Below are positions 47,816-57,531 of a DNA stretch of 64,000 nt, piece after piece. Numbering within the stretch: position 1 is the stretch's first letter; every line of letters begins with the position of its first letter. The DNA is taken from contig VBOZ01000017.1 in assembly GCA_005893305.1 (NCBI GenBank), forward strand, positions 12,853 to 76,852. The letters are read 5' to 3'. The DNA comes from Candidatus Eiseniibacteriota bacterium (GTDB lineage: Bacteria > Eisenbacteria > RBG-16-71-46 > SZUA-252). A program made the position numbers and the translations under genes. The notes beneath the pieces are model-generated. The model was not told where the DNA came from. It saw only the letters and a program-made list of their open reading frames with translations, and did not search any database.

Positions 47816-49099
47816 ATGAGCGCGAACGGACGCGTGCTGATGGCGACGGTCGACCTCCCGGGTTCCCACACCCTCGAGGTCTACAGGAAGCACGGGGGCT
47901 ACGAGGCCCTCGCGGCGGCGCTCACGAAGCAGCCCGAGGAGATCATCGACGTCGTGAAACGCTCCGGACTGCGCGGCCGCGGCGGCGCGGGGTTCCCGAC
48001 CGGCACCAAATGGGGGTTCGTCCCCAAGTCGACCGACAAGCCGAAGTATCTCTGCGTGAACGCCGACGAGAGCGAGCCGGGGGCGTTCAAAGACCGCCTC
48101 CTCTGCGCGAAGGATCCGCATCAGGTCCTCGAGGGGACCGTGATCGGGGCCTACGCGATCGGAGCGCGCCGGGCCTACATCTACATCCGCGGGGAGTTCG
48201 CCGAGGAAGCGCGGATTCTCCAGTCGGCGATCGACGAAGCGCGGGCGGCCGGCCTGGTCGGGAAGAACATCCTGAACTCGGGCTTCGACTGCGACGTGGT
48301 GATGTACTTGGGCGCGGGCGCCTACATCTGCGGCGAGGAAACCGGCCTGATCGAATCGATCGAGGGGAAGCGCGGCGAGCCTCGGCTCAAGCCTCCGTTC
48401 CCCGCGGTCGTCGGCCTCTTCGGCTGTCCCACGGTGGTGAACAACGTGGAGACGCTGGCCTGCGTGCCGCACATCGTGAAGCGCGGCTGGGAGTGGTTCG
48501 CCTCGATCGGCCCCGAGCGGAACTCCGGCCCCAAGCTATATGGGTTGAGCGGGCACGTGAATCGTCCCGGCGTCTACGAAGCGCCCATGGGCATTCCGCT
48601 GCGCGCGCTGATCGAGGAATACGGCGGCGGGGTGCCCGGCGGACGGCCGGTGAAGGGGGTCATCCCCGGAGGGGCCTCGTGCCCGGTCCTGACCGGCGAC
48701 GAGATCGACATCCCGATGGACTTCGACTCGCTCACCCGCGCCGGATCGCTCTTCGGCACAGGGACGCCGATCGTCATGGACGATACGACGTGCATGGTGC
48801 GCGCGGCGTGGATCACGGCGCGCTTCTTCGCCCACGAGTCGTGCGGGCAGTGCACGCCCTGCCGCGAGGGATGCGGCTGGCTCCAGCGCCTCCTCTGGAA
48901 GATCGAGACCGGAAACGGCGTCGAGCGCGACCTCGACATCCTTCTCTCGGTCACGGATGAGATCGAAGGAAACACGATCTGCGCGCTGGGCGACGCGGCG
49001 GCATGGCCCGCGCGCGGCTTCGCGAAGAAATTCCGGGACGAATTCCTGCAGCATATCCGCGAGAAGCGCTGTCCGATCGGCAGCGGCTCGCTCCACTAG
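47816..49099 (+). CDS. nuoF: NADH-quinone oxidoreductase subunit F (51 kDa, FMN/NADH-binding, 4Fe-4S)
   Basis: GRGGAGFPTGTKW, CVNADESEPGAFKDR, GAGAYICGEETGL, ESCGQCTPCREG. Confidence 0.95.
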   Translation: MSANGRVLMATVDLPGSHTLEVYRKHGGYEALAAALTKQPEEIIDVVKRSGLRGRGGAGFPTGTKWGFVPKSTDKPKYLCVNADESEPGAFKDRLLCAKDPHQVLEGTVIGAYAIGARRAYIYIRGEFAEEARILQSAIDEARAAGLVGKNILNSGFDCDVVMYLGAGAYICGEETGLIESIEGKRGEPRLKPPFPAVVGLFGCPTVVNNVETLACVPHIVKRGWEWFASIGPERNSGPKLYGLSGHVNRPGVYEAPMGIPLRALIEEYGGGVPGGRPVKGVIPGGASCPVLTGDEIDIPMDFDSLTRAGSLFGTGTPIVMDDTTCMVRAAWITARFFAHESCGQCTPCREGCGWLQRLLWKIETGNGVERDLDILLSVTDEIEGNTICALGDAAAWPARGFAKKFRDEFLQHIREKRCPIGSGSLH

Positions 49100-49108
49100 G
49101 GGATCGGC

Positions 49109-50740
49109 ATGGCCACGGTGAAGGTCAAGGTCGACGGCCGCGAGGTCGTCGTCGAGAAGGGGACGAACCTGATCGAGGCGGGGAAGAAGGCCGGCGTCCT
49201 CGTCCCCAGCTTCTGCTACCACCCCGGCCTGCCGGTCGTCGGCGTCTGCCGCATCTGCCTCTGCGAGGTCGAGGGCCGGCCGAAGCTCGTCGCGGGCTGC
49301 GCCACCCCGGTCGAGGAGGGGATGCACGTGATCACCCGGTCGGCCAAGGTGCGCGACGCGCGGCGCGCCGTCATGGAGCTCCTGCTCATCCACCACCCGC
49401 TCGATTGCCCGATGTGCGACAAGGGCGGGGAGTGCACGCTGCAGGACTACACGATCATGATGGGCCCGGCCGCCTCCCGCTTCGAGTTCGAGAAGACCAC
49501 GTGGCCGGAGGAGGACGTCGGCGGGAAGCTCATCCTGAACAAGAACCGCTGCATCCTCTGCCTCCGCTGCGTGAACCTCTGCAGGGAGGTCGCCGGAGAG
49601 GACGAGATCGCCGTGCTCGGCCGCGGCGAGGAGACCTACATCGGCACGGTCGCCGGGCGAAAGATCACGAACGAGCTGGCCGGGAACATCGCCGACATCT
49701 GTCCGGTCGGCGCGCTCACCAGCACGGACTTCCGCTTTCGCGCGCGCCCCTGGGAGCTCCAGCCCGTGCCGTCGGTCTGCACGCTCTGCTCCAAGGGATG
49801 CAACACGAACGTCGGCTATCACCCGCGGCGGAACGAGGTCGTCCGGATCACGGCCCGCGAGAACATGGACGTGAACCAATGGTGGATCTGCGACCGCGGG
49901 CGTGGGGGATTCCATCCGGTGCACGATCCCAAGCGGCTCACGGCTCCGGCCGGGCGGAACGGCACCCCGGGTGCGGCCGCGACCACCTGGCAGGACGCGA
50001 TCACGGCGATCGCCCTCAAGCTTCGCGCCATCCTGGCGCAGCACGGCGAGGGCTCGGTGGGGATCGTCGGATCCGCCGAGCTCACGAACGAGGAGTGCTT
50101 CCTCACACGCTCGATTTTCCGGGACTCCCTGGGCATCGCGAATCTCGACTTTCCCGCGCGTCCGCAGCCCCCCGTCGTCTACAAGCAATTCACGATCGAG
50201 GGGGACCAGAATCCGAACACGCGGGGTGCCCGTGCGATCGGCATCGCGCCCGGCCCCCAGGGGCTCGGCCTCGCCGACATGATGCGGGCGGCCGCGGAGG
50301 GCGGGATCCGCGCGCTCATCTTCCTCCGCGGGGGACCGCTGGAACGCTTCGGCGATCCCACGGTGGTGGCCCGCGCCATCGGCCAGGTGGAGCTCCTGGT
50401 GGTGGTCGATTCCCACCCGTCGCCGGTCTCGGAGCGGGCCCACTGGGTCCTTCCGGGTGTGAGCTTCGCGGAGCGGGAAGGGACCTATACCAACTCGAAG
50501 GGACGCGTCCAGCGCGCCCCGAAGGTCTTCACCCTCCGGGGAGACACGCGCGAGGACTGGCGAATCCTGCAAGACCTCGGCCGCGCGCTCGGCGTGTGGA
50601 CGATGGAGAGCCTCGGCCCCGACCAGATCTTCCAGCGCTTGGCGCTCGCCCACCCCGCCTTCGGCGGCCTCGACTACACGGTCCTGGGAGAGCTGGGTGC
50701 ACCGCTCGCCGCCGCGACGGCGGACGTCGCCGTGGGGTGA
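49109..50740 (+). CDS. nuoG: NADH-quinone oxidoreductase subunit G (75 kDa), short form
   Basis: 2Fe-2S CYHPGLPVVGVCRICLCEV, HHPLDCPMCDKGGECTLQ, CILCLRCV, molybdopterin-like domain; 543 aa. Confidence 0.9.
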   Translation: MATVKVKVDGREVVVEKGTNLIEAGKKAGVLVPSFCYHPGLPVVGVCRICLCEVEGRPKLVAGCATPVEEGMHVITRSAKVRDARRAVMELLLIHHPLDCPMCDKGGECTLQDYTIMMGPAASRFEFEKTTWPEEDVGGKLILNKNRCILCLRCVNLCREVAGEDEIAVLGRGEETYIGTVAGRKITNELAGNIADICPVGALTSTDFRFRARPWELQPVPSVCTLCSKGCNTNVGYHPRRNEVVRITARENMDVNQWWICDRGRGGFHPVHDPKRLTAPAGRNGTPGAAATTWQDAITAIALKLRAILAQHGEGSVGIVGSAELTNEECFLTRSIFRDSLGIANLDFPARPQPPVVYKQFTIEGDQNPNTRGARAIGIAPGPQGLGLADMMRAAAEGGIRALIFLRGGPLERFGDPTVVARAIGQVELLVVVDSHPSPVSERAHWVLPGVSFAEREGTYTNSKGRVQRAPKVFTLRGDTREDWRILQDLGRALGVWTMESLGPDQIFQRLALAHPAFGGLDYTVLGELGAPLAAATADVAVG

Positions 50741-51818
50741 CCCCCGGCGCCGCCGACTTCTCCTCCACGCACTCCCGAAAACCGATCTTCACGTTCACTT
50801 GGACGGGTCGATTCGCCCGGCCACGCTGCTCGCGCTGGGAAAAGAGCAGGGAATCCGCCTTCCGGTCCGATCGAACCAGGAGCTCCGCCGCTTTCTTTCC
50901 AGCCTGACCTCGGGCGTCAGCCTCCCGCGCTATCTCAAGGCCTTCGATCTCACGCTCAAGGTGCTCCAGGAGCGCGACGCGCTCGAGCGCGCCGCGTTCG
51001 AGCTGGCCGAGGACGCGCACAAGGAGCAGGTCCGGTATATGGAGGTCCGCTACTGCCCCGCGCTCCATACGCGGCAGGGACTCTCGATGGAAGGATCAGT
51101 CGAGGCGGTGACGGCCGGCCTCGAGCGGGCGCGGCGCCGGTACGGGATCCAGACCGGCACGATCGTCTGCGGCATCCGGCACCTGAGCCCGCGCCTCTCC
51201 CTCAAGCTCGCGGAGCTCGCCGTCGCCTACTACGGCCGCGGGGTGGTCGGCTTCGACCTCGCGGGCGCGGAGAAGGACTACCCGGCGAAGGCGCACCGCA
51301 AGGCGTTCGATCACGTGGTGCGGAGCAACGTGAATGTGACCGTGCACGCGGGCGAGGCGTTCGGCGCGGAGAGCATCGCGCAGGCGCTCCACTACTGCGG
51401 CGCGCACCGCATCGGACACGGGACGCGGCTGCGCGAGGATCCGGACATTCTCCGCTACGTGAACGACCACCGGATCCCGCTCGAGATGTGCCTCACGTCG
51501 AACGTCCAGACCGGGGCGGTGTCGTCACTGCGGGCGCACCCGTTCCACGAGTACCTGACCCAGGGGCTTCGGGTCACGCTCAACACCGACAACCGCCTCG
51601 TCTCCTCGACGACCATGACGCGCGAGCTCGACCGGGCGGTGACCGCGCTGCGACTCCGCCCGGCGGATGTCCGGCACGTCCTCTTGAACGGGTTCAAGTC
51701 GGCCTTCCTGCCGCTCCGCGAGCGGGGAGACATCGTTCTTCGGGCGGTCGCGGAGATGGACGCCGTGTTCGAGGCGGCTCGGGCCCACGATAAGGAGACC
51801 GAGCCGGACCTGCTTTGA
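50697..51818 (+). CDS. add: adenosine deaminase
   Basis: LPKTDLHVHLDGS, HAGEA.G, HRIGHG, SLCLTSNVQTG, TLNTDNRLVS metal/catalytic motifs; only canonical start ATG 50697 overlaps nuoG by 44 nt. Confidence 0.85.
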   Translation: MHRSPPRRRTSPWGDPRRRRLLLHALPKTDLHVHLDGSIRPATLLALGKEQGIRLPVRSNQELRRFLSSLTSGVSLPRYLKAFDLTLKVLQERDALERAAFELAEDAHKEQVRYMEVRYCPALHTRQGLSMEGSVEAVTAGLERARRRYGIQTGTIVCGIRHLSPRLSLKLAELAVAYYGRGVVGFDLAGAEKDYPAKAHRKAFDHVVRSNVNVTVHAGEAFGAESIAQALHYCGAHRIGHGTRLREDPDILRYVNDHRIPLEMCLTSNVQTGAVSSLRAHPFHEYLTQGLRVTLNTDNRLVSSTTMTRELDRAVTALRLRPADVRHVLLNGFKSAFLPLRERGDIVLRAVAEMDAVFEAARAHDKETEPDLL

Positions 51819-51908
51819 ACCCCGCCGGAATCGCCGCATCCAAAGTGTCGGGTCCCTTGAAGGTTGGGCCCGAGTGGAATAGACTGGTGTCGTGGTGAGG
51901 AGACAGCG

Positions 51909-52946
51909 ATGAACCAAATGGGCCGTGCGGCGGGGCCGCTCTCAGCATCCGGGCGTCTGAGCCCCGTCCCAATCTTGCAGACAGTCACCGGCTTCTGGGC
52001 GAGTCAGGCCCTCATGGCGGCGGTTGAGCTGCGTCTCTTCACGATCCTCTTCGGTGGGCCAAAGTCAGCCGCCGAGGTGGCCGCCGAGGTGGGCACCGAC
52101 CCCGCCGCGCTCGAGGCCCTGATGGACGCCAACTGCGCCCTGGGCTTCCTCCACCGGACGGGCGATCGATACCGGAACGACGAGGTCTCAAACGCCTACC
52201 TGGTCGAGGGGTCACCCGGATCGTACGTGGAGCTGGTCCACTTCATGCGTGACCCGCTCTTCGGCATCTGGCAGTCGCTTCGAGATACGGTGCAGACCGG
52301 GAAATCGCCGAACGCGCCGAACGCGATGGGCGAGATCGAAGTGTCGCTCGCGCGGGCGTTCCACAACGGCGTCTACGCGACGATGATGAGGGTCGCCGAG
52401 ATCCTCGACATCGAATTCAGCGCGTATACGAAAATCCTCGATCTGGGCAGCCATACCGGGGCCGGGGCGCTCTGCCTCGCCCGGCGCTATCCGCAGTTTC
52501 AGGCCACGATCCTCGACCGCGCCGCGTTTCAGCCGGTGGCCGAAGAGTACATCCGCGGCATGAAGCTGGAGGAGCGCGTCCGGTTCCTTCCGGGAAATCC
52601 CGAGGACGGACAGCCGGACGGGGACTACGACCTCGTTCTCCTCGCCCATCATCTGTCGCGCCAGAGCCGCGCGTCGATCCCGGGCTTCCTCCAGAGCGTG
52701 AAGCAGTCGCTCCGCTCGGGAGGCACCCTCCTGGTTACGGAATTCCTGCTCGAAGACTCCAAGGCGGAGCCGCGGGAGGCGGCCCTCTATCGCCTCAACG
52801 TCCTGGCCACCTACGGCGCGGGCTACGCGGGCGCCCTGACGCGGACCGAGCTCTACCGGCTGCTTCAGGAGGCGGGCTTCGCGAACGTCGACATGGTCGG
52901 GCTCCCGATGTTCGGCATCACGGCAATCACCGCTACCAAGAGCTGA
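51909..52946 (+). CDS. class I SAM-dependent O-methyltransferase (family 2, dimerisation + MTase domains)
   Basis: N-terminal winged-helix dimerisation region, SAM motif ILDLGSHTGAGA, LHHL-type motif LLAHHLS; GGTGAGGAG RBS. Confidence 0.7.
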   Translation: MNQMGRAAGPLSASGRLSPVPILQTVTGFWASQALMAAVELRLFTILFGGPKSAAEVAAEVGTDPAALEALMDANCALGFLHRTGDRYRNDEVSNAYLVEGSPGSYVELVHFMRDPLFGIWQSLRDTVQTGKSPNAPNAMGEIEVSLARAFHNGVYATMMRVAEILDIEFSAYTKILDLGSHTGAGALCLARRYPQFQATILDRAAFQPVAEEYIRGMKLEERVRFLPGNPEDGQPDGDYDLVLLAHHLSRQSRASIPGFLQSVKQSLRSGGTLLVTEFLLEDSKAEPREAALYRLNVLATYGAGYAGALTRTELYRLLQEAGFANVDMVGLPMFGITAITATKS

Positions 52947-52949
52947 GCC

Positions 52950-53591
52950 GTGCGCGTCGAGCGCTTCCAGGTCGGACCTCTCGACAACAACCTCTACTTG
53001 CTCACGACGGCCGGATCGCGCGACGCGGTCGTCGTCGATCCCTCGATCGAGAGTGAGACCGTGCTCGACACGATCCGCTCCCGCGGCCTCGTCGTGAAGC
53101 GGATCCTCCTCACGCACGCGCACATCGATCACATCCTCATGGTCAAGCCGTTTAGCGCCGCGACGGGCGCGCCGGTCTGGCTCCACGCGGACGACCGCGC
53201 CTATTACGAGCGCGGCAAGGAGCAGGCCGCTTCGATGGGGCTCGCGTGGCCGGGAAGCGCTCCGATCGCCCACTGGATCACCGATGGGGAAGACGTCGGC
53301 ATTCCCGGTATCGAAATCCGCGCCATGCACACGCCCGGGCATTCGAAGGGCAGCGTCACCTTCGCGACGCCGGAGGGCCTGATCTCCGGCGATGTCCTTT
53401 TTCGCGATTCGATCGGCAGGACGGATCTCCCCGGGGGCGACTTCGACACGCTGGTTCGGACCATCCGCGAGAAGCTCTTCGTCCATCCCGCCGACACCAC
53501 GGTCTACCCGGGCCACGGACCGGTGACCACGATCGGACACGAGATGGAATCGAATCCCTTCGTGGGCGCGCGCGCCCTCAAGCAGGCCTAA
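52950..53591 (+). CDS. MBL-fold metallo-hydrolase (glyoxalase II/GloB-like)
   Basis: THAHIDH, D..., HTPGHSxG, GDxLF metal-binding motifs; 213 aa. Confidence 0.75.
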   Translation: MRVERFQVGPLDNNLYLLTTAGSRDAVVVDPSIESETVLDTIRSRGLVVKRILLTHAHIDHILMVKPFSAATGAPVWLHADDRAYYERGKEQAASMGLAWPGSAPIAHWITDGEDVGIPGIEIRAMHTPGHSKGSVTFATPEGLISGDVLFRDSIGRTDLPGGDFDTLVRTIREKLFVHPADTTVYPGHGPVTTIGHEMESNPFVGARALKQA

Positions 53592-53715
53592 GCCCACGCC
53601 CTCGGACTTCGAGCACCTTCTCCATCCCACCGCGCTCTACCGGGATTTCCTTACCTCGCCCGGGCGGGTCCGCGACTTCTATCCGGTCGACTTCCGGGAC
53701 CCGGAGGCAGTCAGC

Positions 53716-55230
53716 GTGTCCGCGGCCGGCCGCGACTATCCCGCCGACCGTCGCGCCCGGGTGGCGGCGATCCTACGCCGCCAGGCGGAAGCCCTGGGAG
53801 TCCAAGACCTTTCCCTCGAACCTCTGAAGCGATTCGAGCGTCCCAATTGTTTAGCGGTGGTGGCGGGCCAGCAGCCGGGGCTCTTCGGGGGCCCTCTCTA
53901 CACGCTCTACAAGGCGCTCACCGCGATCTCCCTGGCCCGGAATCTCGAGGCGGCCTCGGGCCGCCCGGTCGTTCCGATCTTTTGGGTCGCCTCCGACGAC
54001 CACGATTTCGAGGAGGTCCGACGCGCGTGGCTGATCGACGGTGGATCGGAGCCGAGCGTGCTCGAGTATCCGGCCGAAGCGGCTCCGCCAGGCGTCTCGC
54101 TCTCGCGGGTTCGCCTGGGTCCGGAGATCGCGTTGCTTACGGATCGCGTCGAGTCGCTCCTTCCGGCGTCAGAGTTTCGCGACCGGGTGATGGGGCCGCT
54201 CCGCGCGGCGTACGCTCCGGGCCGATCGTGGACCGAGGCGTTCGCGCGCTTCATGGCCGGCTTGGTGACGCCGCTCGGCGCGTTGGTGTTCGATCCGTCC
54301 GATTCCGAGGCCAGGGCGCTCTCGCTCCCGGTGTTCGAGCGCGAGGTGGCCCTGATGGGGAACTCATCCAAGGCGGCGCGCGAGCGAGGCGAGGAGCTGA
54401 CGCGACGCGGCTACCATGCCCAGATCGCGCGCGCGGGGAACGAGCTCAATCTCTTCTGGCACCAGGAAACGCGCGACGCCGTTCGGGTCGAGGGGGGCGG
54501 CACCCTGCGCGTCGGGGCGAAGGGCCGCAGCATGAAGCCCGAGGCCCTGATCGCGGCGATCCGGGCGAGGCCCGAGGACGCGAGTCCCGGCGTGCTCCTG
54601 CGTCCGATGGTGCAGGACTACCTCCTCCCGACCGCGGTCTACGTGGGCGGTCCGTCGGAGGTGGCGTACTGGGCCCAGGTCAACGCGCTCTACCCGCTCT
54701 TCGAGATGCCGGCGCCGGCGGTCGCCCCGAGAGCGGGCGCCACGCTCCTCGAGCCGAAGGTCGCGAAAACCCTGGGGCGGTTCGGCATCGAGTGGACGGC
54801 GCTCGCGGGGGACGTCGAGGGGGTCGTGAGCAGCTCGATCGGCTCGCTTCTGCCGCCCGATTTTCCCGAGACGTTCGAGCGGGAGCGGGAGACCTGGCTG
54901 CAGAGCTTTGAGCGGCTCAAAGCCAAGGTCGTGGAGTTCGATCCGTCGCTCCAGGCGGCGGTCGCGACCGCCGCACGCAAGGTGGAGCACGAGGGCTTGG
55001 GGCTGGAGCGGAAGCTGATGCAGGTCTGGAAACGGCGTCAGGAGGAATCGGTGCAGCAGATCCGCCGCGCGCGCGCACACCTCTTCCCGGAGGGGAGGCT
55101 CCAAGAGCGCGTCTATTCGCCCGTCGGCTACGCGGCGCGCTACGGACCCGAGCTGGCCGCGCAGCTGGCCGCGGCGCTCGGCGCGCCCGGATCCCACGTT
55201 CTCATTTCGCTCGGAGGCTCGGACCAGTGA
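53716..55230 (+). CDS. bshC: bacillithiol biosynthesis cysteine-adding enzyme BshC (coordinates from first canonical start; conserved sequence continues upstream to ~53527)
   Basis: VVAGQQPGLFGGPLYTLYKALTAI...PIFWVASDDHDFEEV, ...GGPSEVAYWAQ; upstream in-frame SDFEHLLHPTALYRDFLTSPGRVRDFYPV resembles BshC N-terminus but has no ATG/GTG/TTG. Confidence 0.75.
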   Translation: MSAAGRDYPADRRARVAAILRRQAEALGVQDLSLEPLKRFERPNCLAVVAGQQPGLFGGPLYTLYKALTAISLARNLEAASGRPVVPIFWVASDDHDFEEVRRAWLIDGGSEPSVLEYPAEAAPPGVSLSRVRLGPEIALLTDRVESLLPASEFRDRVMGPLRAAYAPGRSWTEAFARFMAGLVTPLGALVFDPSDSEARALSLPVFEREVALMGNSSKAARERGEELTRRGYHAQIARAGNELNLFWHQETRDAVRVEGGGTLRVGAKGRSMKPEALIAAIRARPEDASPGVLLRPMVQDYLLPTAVYVGGPSEVAYWAQVNALYPLFEMPAPAVAPRAGATLLEPKVAKTLGRFGIEWTALAGDVEGVVSSSIGSLLPPDFPETFERERETWLQSFERLKAKVVEFDPSLQAAVATAARKVEHEGLGLERKLMQVWKRRQEESVQQIRRARAHLFPEGRLQERVYSPVGYAARYGPELAAQLAAALGAPGSHVLISLGGSDQ

Positions 55231-56396
55231 AGATCGGCATCTCCTGCTATCCCACCCACGGTGGCTCCGGCGTCGTCGCGACGGAGCTGGGGATCGAGCT
55301 TGCCCGGCGCGGGCACGAGATCCACTTCATCTCATATTCGATCCCGTTCCGCCTCAAGTCCTACCAGGAAGACGTCTATTTTCACGAGGTGCAGGTCACC
55401 TCGTATCCGCTCTTCCAGTATCCGCCCTACACCCTGGCGCTCGCCGCCAAGATGGCCGAGGTGGCGGACGAGGTGGGGCTCGACGTCGTCCACGCGCACT
55501 ACGCGATCCCGCATGCCATCTGCGCCTATCTCGCGCGCCAGGTCGCGGCGTCTACCAAGCTCCGCATCGTGACCACACTCCACGGGACGGACATCACCCT
55601 CGTCGGATCGGATCAGTCGTTCCGCACCCTCACCCGATTCGGAATCGATCAGAGCGACGGCGTCACCGCGGTCTCGGAGTTCCTCCGCCGGAAGACGGTC
55701 GAGGTGTTCCGGCCCCAGCGCGCGATCCAGGTGATCCCGAACTTCGTCGACACGTCCCGATACGCTCCGCGCGATCCGGGGAAATCCAGGCGGGAGCGGT
55801 TCGCGAAGAAGGGGGAGAAGATCCTTGTCCACATCTCCAACTTCCGGCCGAGCAAGCGGGTCGAGGACGTGGTTCGCGTCTTCGCTGCCGTCCGTCGCGA
55901 GGTGCCCAGCGTCCTCCTGATGGTCGGCGACGGCGCGGATCGCACGCGGAGCCGCGAGATCGCGGTCTCGCTCGGGGTGGAGCGCTACATTCGCTATCTG
56001 GGCCAGCTCGACGCGGTGGAGGACGTGCTCTCGGCGGGCGATCTGTTCCTGCTCACCAGCTCGAACGAGAGCTTCGGCCTTGCCGCGCTCGAGGCGATGT
56101 CGTCGGGTGTCCCCGTGATCGGGACGACCGCGGAAGGGCTCCCCGAGCTGATCGAGTCGGGGAAGAGCGGATACCTGCTCCCGGTCGGCGACGTCGAAGG
56201 CATGTCCCGCCGGGCGACCGAGATCTTGACCGATGAGAAGCTCCACGCCGCGATGGCGCGCGAAGCCCGCCGCGTCTCGATCGAGCGCTACGAGGCGAGC
56301 AAGGTAGTCCCGATGTACGAGGAGTTCTACGCCCGCGTCACCGGACAGCCGGTGGGCGCCACCGGATACCTCGCGCCGCCCGAAGGGCTGGCTTAG
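55227..56396 (+). CDS. bshA: N-acetyl-alpha-D-glucosaminyl L-malate synthase BshA (GT4 glycosyltransferase)
   Basis: Close to B. subtilis BshA: KIGISCYPTHGGSGVVATELG..RGHEIHFIS.SIPFRL, VVHAHYAIPHAICAYLA, TTLHGTDIT, GT4 E-x7-E region; GTG overlaps bshC stop. Confidence 0.8.
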   Translation: MKIGISCYPTHGGSGVVATELGIELARRGHEIHFISYSIPFRLKSYQEDVYFHEVQVTSYPLFQYPPYTLALAAKMAEVADEVGLDVVHAHYAIPHAICAYLARQVAASTKLRIVTTLHGTDITLVGSDQSFRTLTRFGIDQSDGVTAVSEFLRRKTVEVFRPQRAIQVIPNFVDTSRYAPRDPGKSRRERFAKKGEKILVHISNFRPSKRVEDVVRVFAAVRREVPSVLLMVGDGADRTRSREIAVSLGVERYIRYLGQLDAVEDVLSAGDLFLLTSSNESFGLAALEAMSSGVPVIGTTAEGLPELIESGKSGYLLPVGDVEGMSRRATEILTDEKLHAAMAREARRVSIERYEASKVVPMYEEFYARVTGQPVGATGYLAPPEGLA

Positions 56397-57531
56397 GGGC
56401 AGGGGCCTGGTTGACAGGGAGGTCGACGTAGAGGTCGAACGTCGAGTCGGCGGTGGAGGAAACGTTGGGGATTGTTGCTTCGGGCGAATACACCGATCCG
56501 ATCCGAAGGTCGTACCCCTCGCTCGGCCGCACGAACAACCGAAACGTGCCGAACAGATCGCTTCTCGTCAAGGCGGATCGATTCGATCCGATTTCCAACG
56601 CGTTAATGTAGGTAAACGGAATGGGGCTGCTGTCCGAGGCGCGGCGTAGCGTCACGTCCCATCGGGTGGCTGGGAAGACGATCGCGATCGAGGCGTCCCC
56701 TGAAATCGACCAATAGCCGGTCTCAGGGCCGACAATGGAGCCGTCGGATGAGTATGCGACGAAGGAGTAGCCGCCACCGGGCAGGTAAAGCACGGCAGAG
56801 CCGTCGAGGCGGGTAGTCGCCGTGGCGCGGACCCCGATCGCACCGGACTCCGCTTGGAGCTGGACATTGGGGATCGGTGTGCTCCCGCCGAGGGTGGTCG
56901 TGACGGTTACCGCGTGACCGGTCAAAGCGAAGTTCACCACCGTATCCGAGGTCGAGATATTTGCGGCGACCTCAATGTTCGGAATTCCTGTGCTGTAACT
57001 TCCAGGGTCGCCGTAAAACTCGTACGCTCCCTGCGGAAGCAACATGGAGTAGTGCCCGCGGACCGCTCTCGTACTCACGTAGATCTGGTTCGCGTCGGAG
57101 GTCGCCGAGACGTAGGAGTCGTCAAGCAACGCTCCCCCAGGGCCAGTGACATCTCCGATGACCCGCGTGCCCGAGTATCGGTAATCGAGTCGGGTTCCCG
57201 CCGCGCGCACATCGAACTTCGGGATCGTTACGGACGGCAACCCGCTTTCATAGGGGGGGCCGATTCGAACCTCGTAGGTTCCTTGGACCAATGTGATGCG
57301 AAACGCCCCGGTCGCGTCCGTGTTCGTATAGAAGGACTGGCTCGACGAAATCGGAGTTGATCGAAACGCGACGAAGGCATTGGCCAACGCGGGCCCATCG
57401 CGATCCCTGAGCGTGCCCTCGACGACGATGCTCCCCGCCGGAGCCGACACGATCGGCGCCGTCGGCATGTCGGAACAAGAGATGATGCCCAAGAGGAGAA
57501 GGGCGACCAGAAGCAGAGCGACGCGGGACAT
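56338..57531 (-). CDS. lipoprotein with tandem carboxypeptidase-regulatory-like/Cna-B-like beta-sandwich repeats (hypothetical)
   Basis: Signal MSRVALLLVALLLLGIISC (lipobox); ~4 repeats with GxYxF/GTYEV-like motifs; ATG overlaps stop of upstream OMP gene (ATGA); 3' end overlaps bshA 3' end convergently by 59 nt. Confidence 0.55.
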   Translation of the reverse strand: MSRVALLLVALLLLGIISCSDMPTAPIVSAPAGSIVVEGTLRDRDGPALANAFVAFRSTPISSSQSFYTNTDATGAFRITLVQGTYEVRIGPPYESGLPSVTIPKFDVRAAGTRLDYRYSGTRVIGDVTGPGGALLDDSYVSATSDANQIYVSTRAVRGHYSMLLPQGAYEFYGDPGSYSTGIPNIEVAANISTSDTVVNFALTGHAVTVTTTLGGSTPIPNVQLQAESGAIGVRATATTRLDGSAVLYLPGGGYSFVAYSSDGSIVGPETGYWSISGDASIAIVFPATRWDVTLRRASDSSPIPFTYINALEIGSNRSALTRSDLFGTFRLFVRPSEGYDLRIGSVYSPEATIPNVSSTADSTFDLYVDLPVNQAPAPKPALRAARGIRWRPPAVR

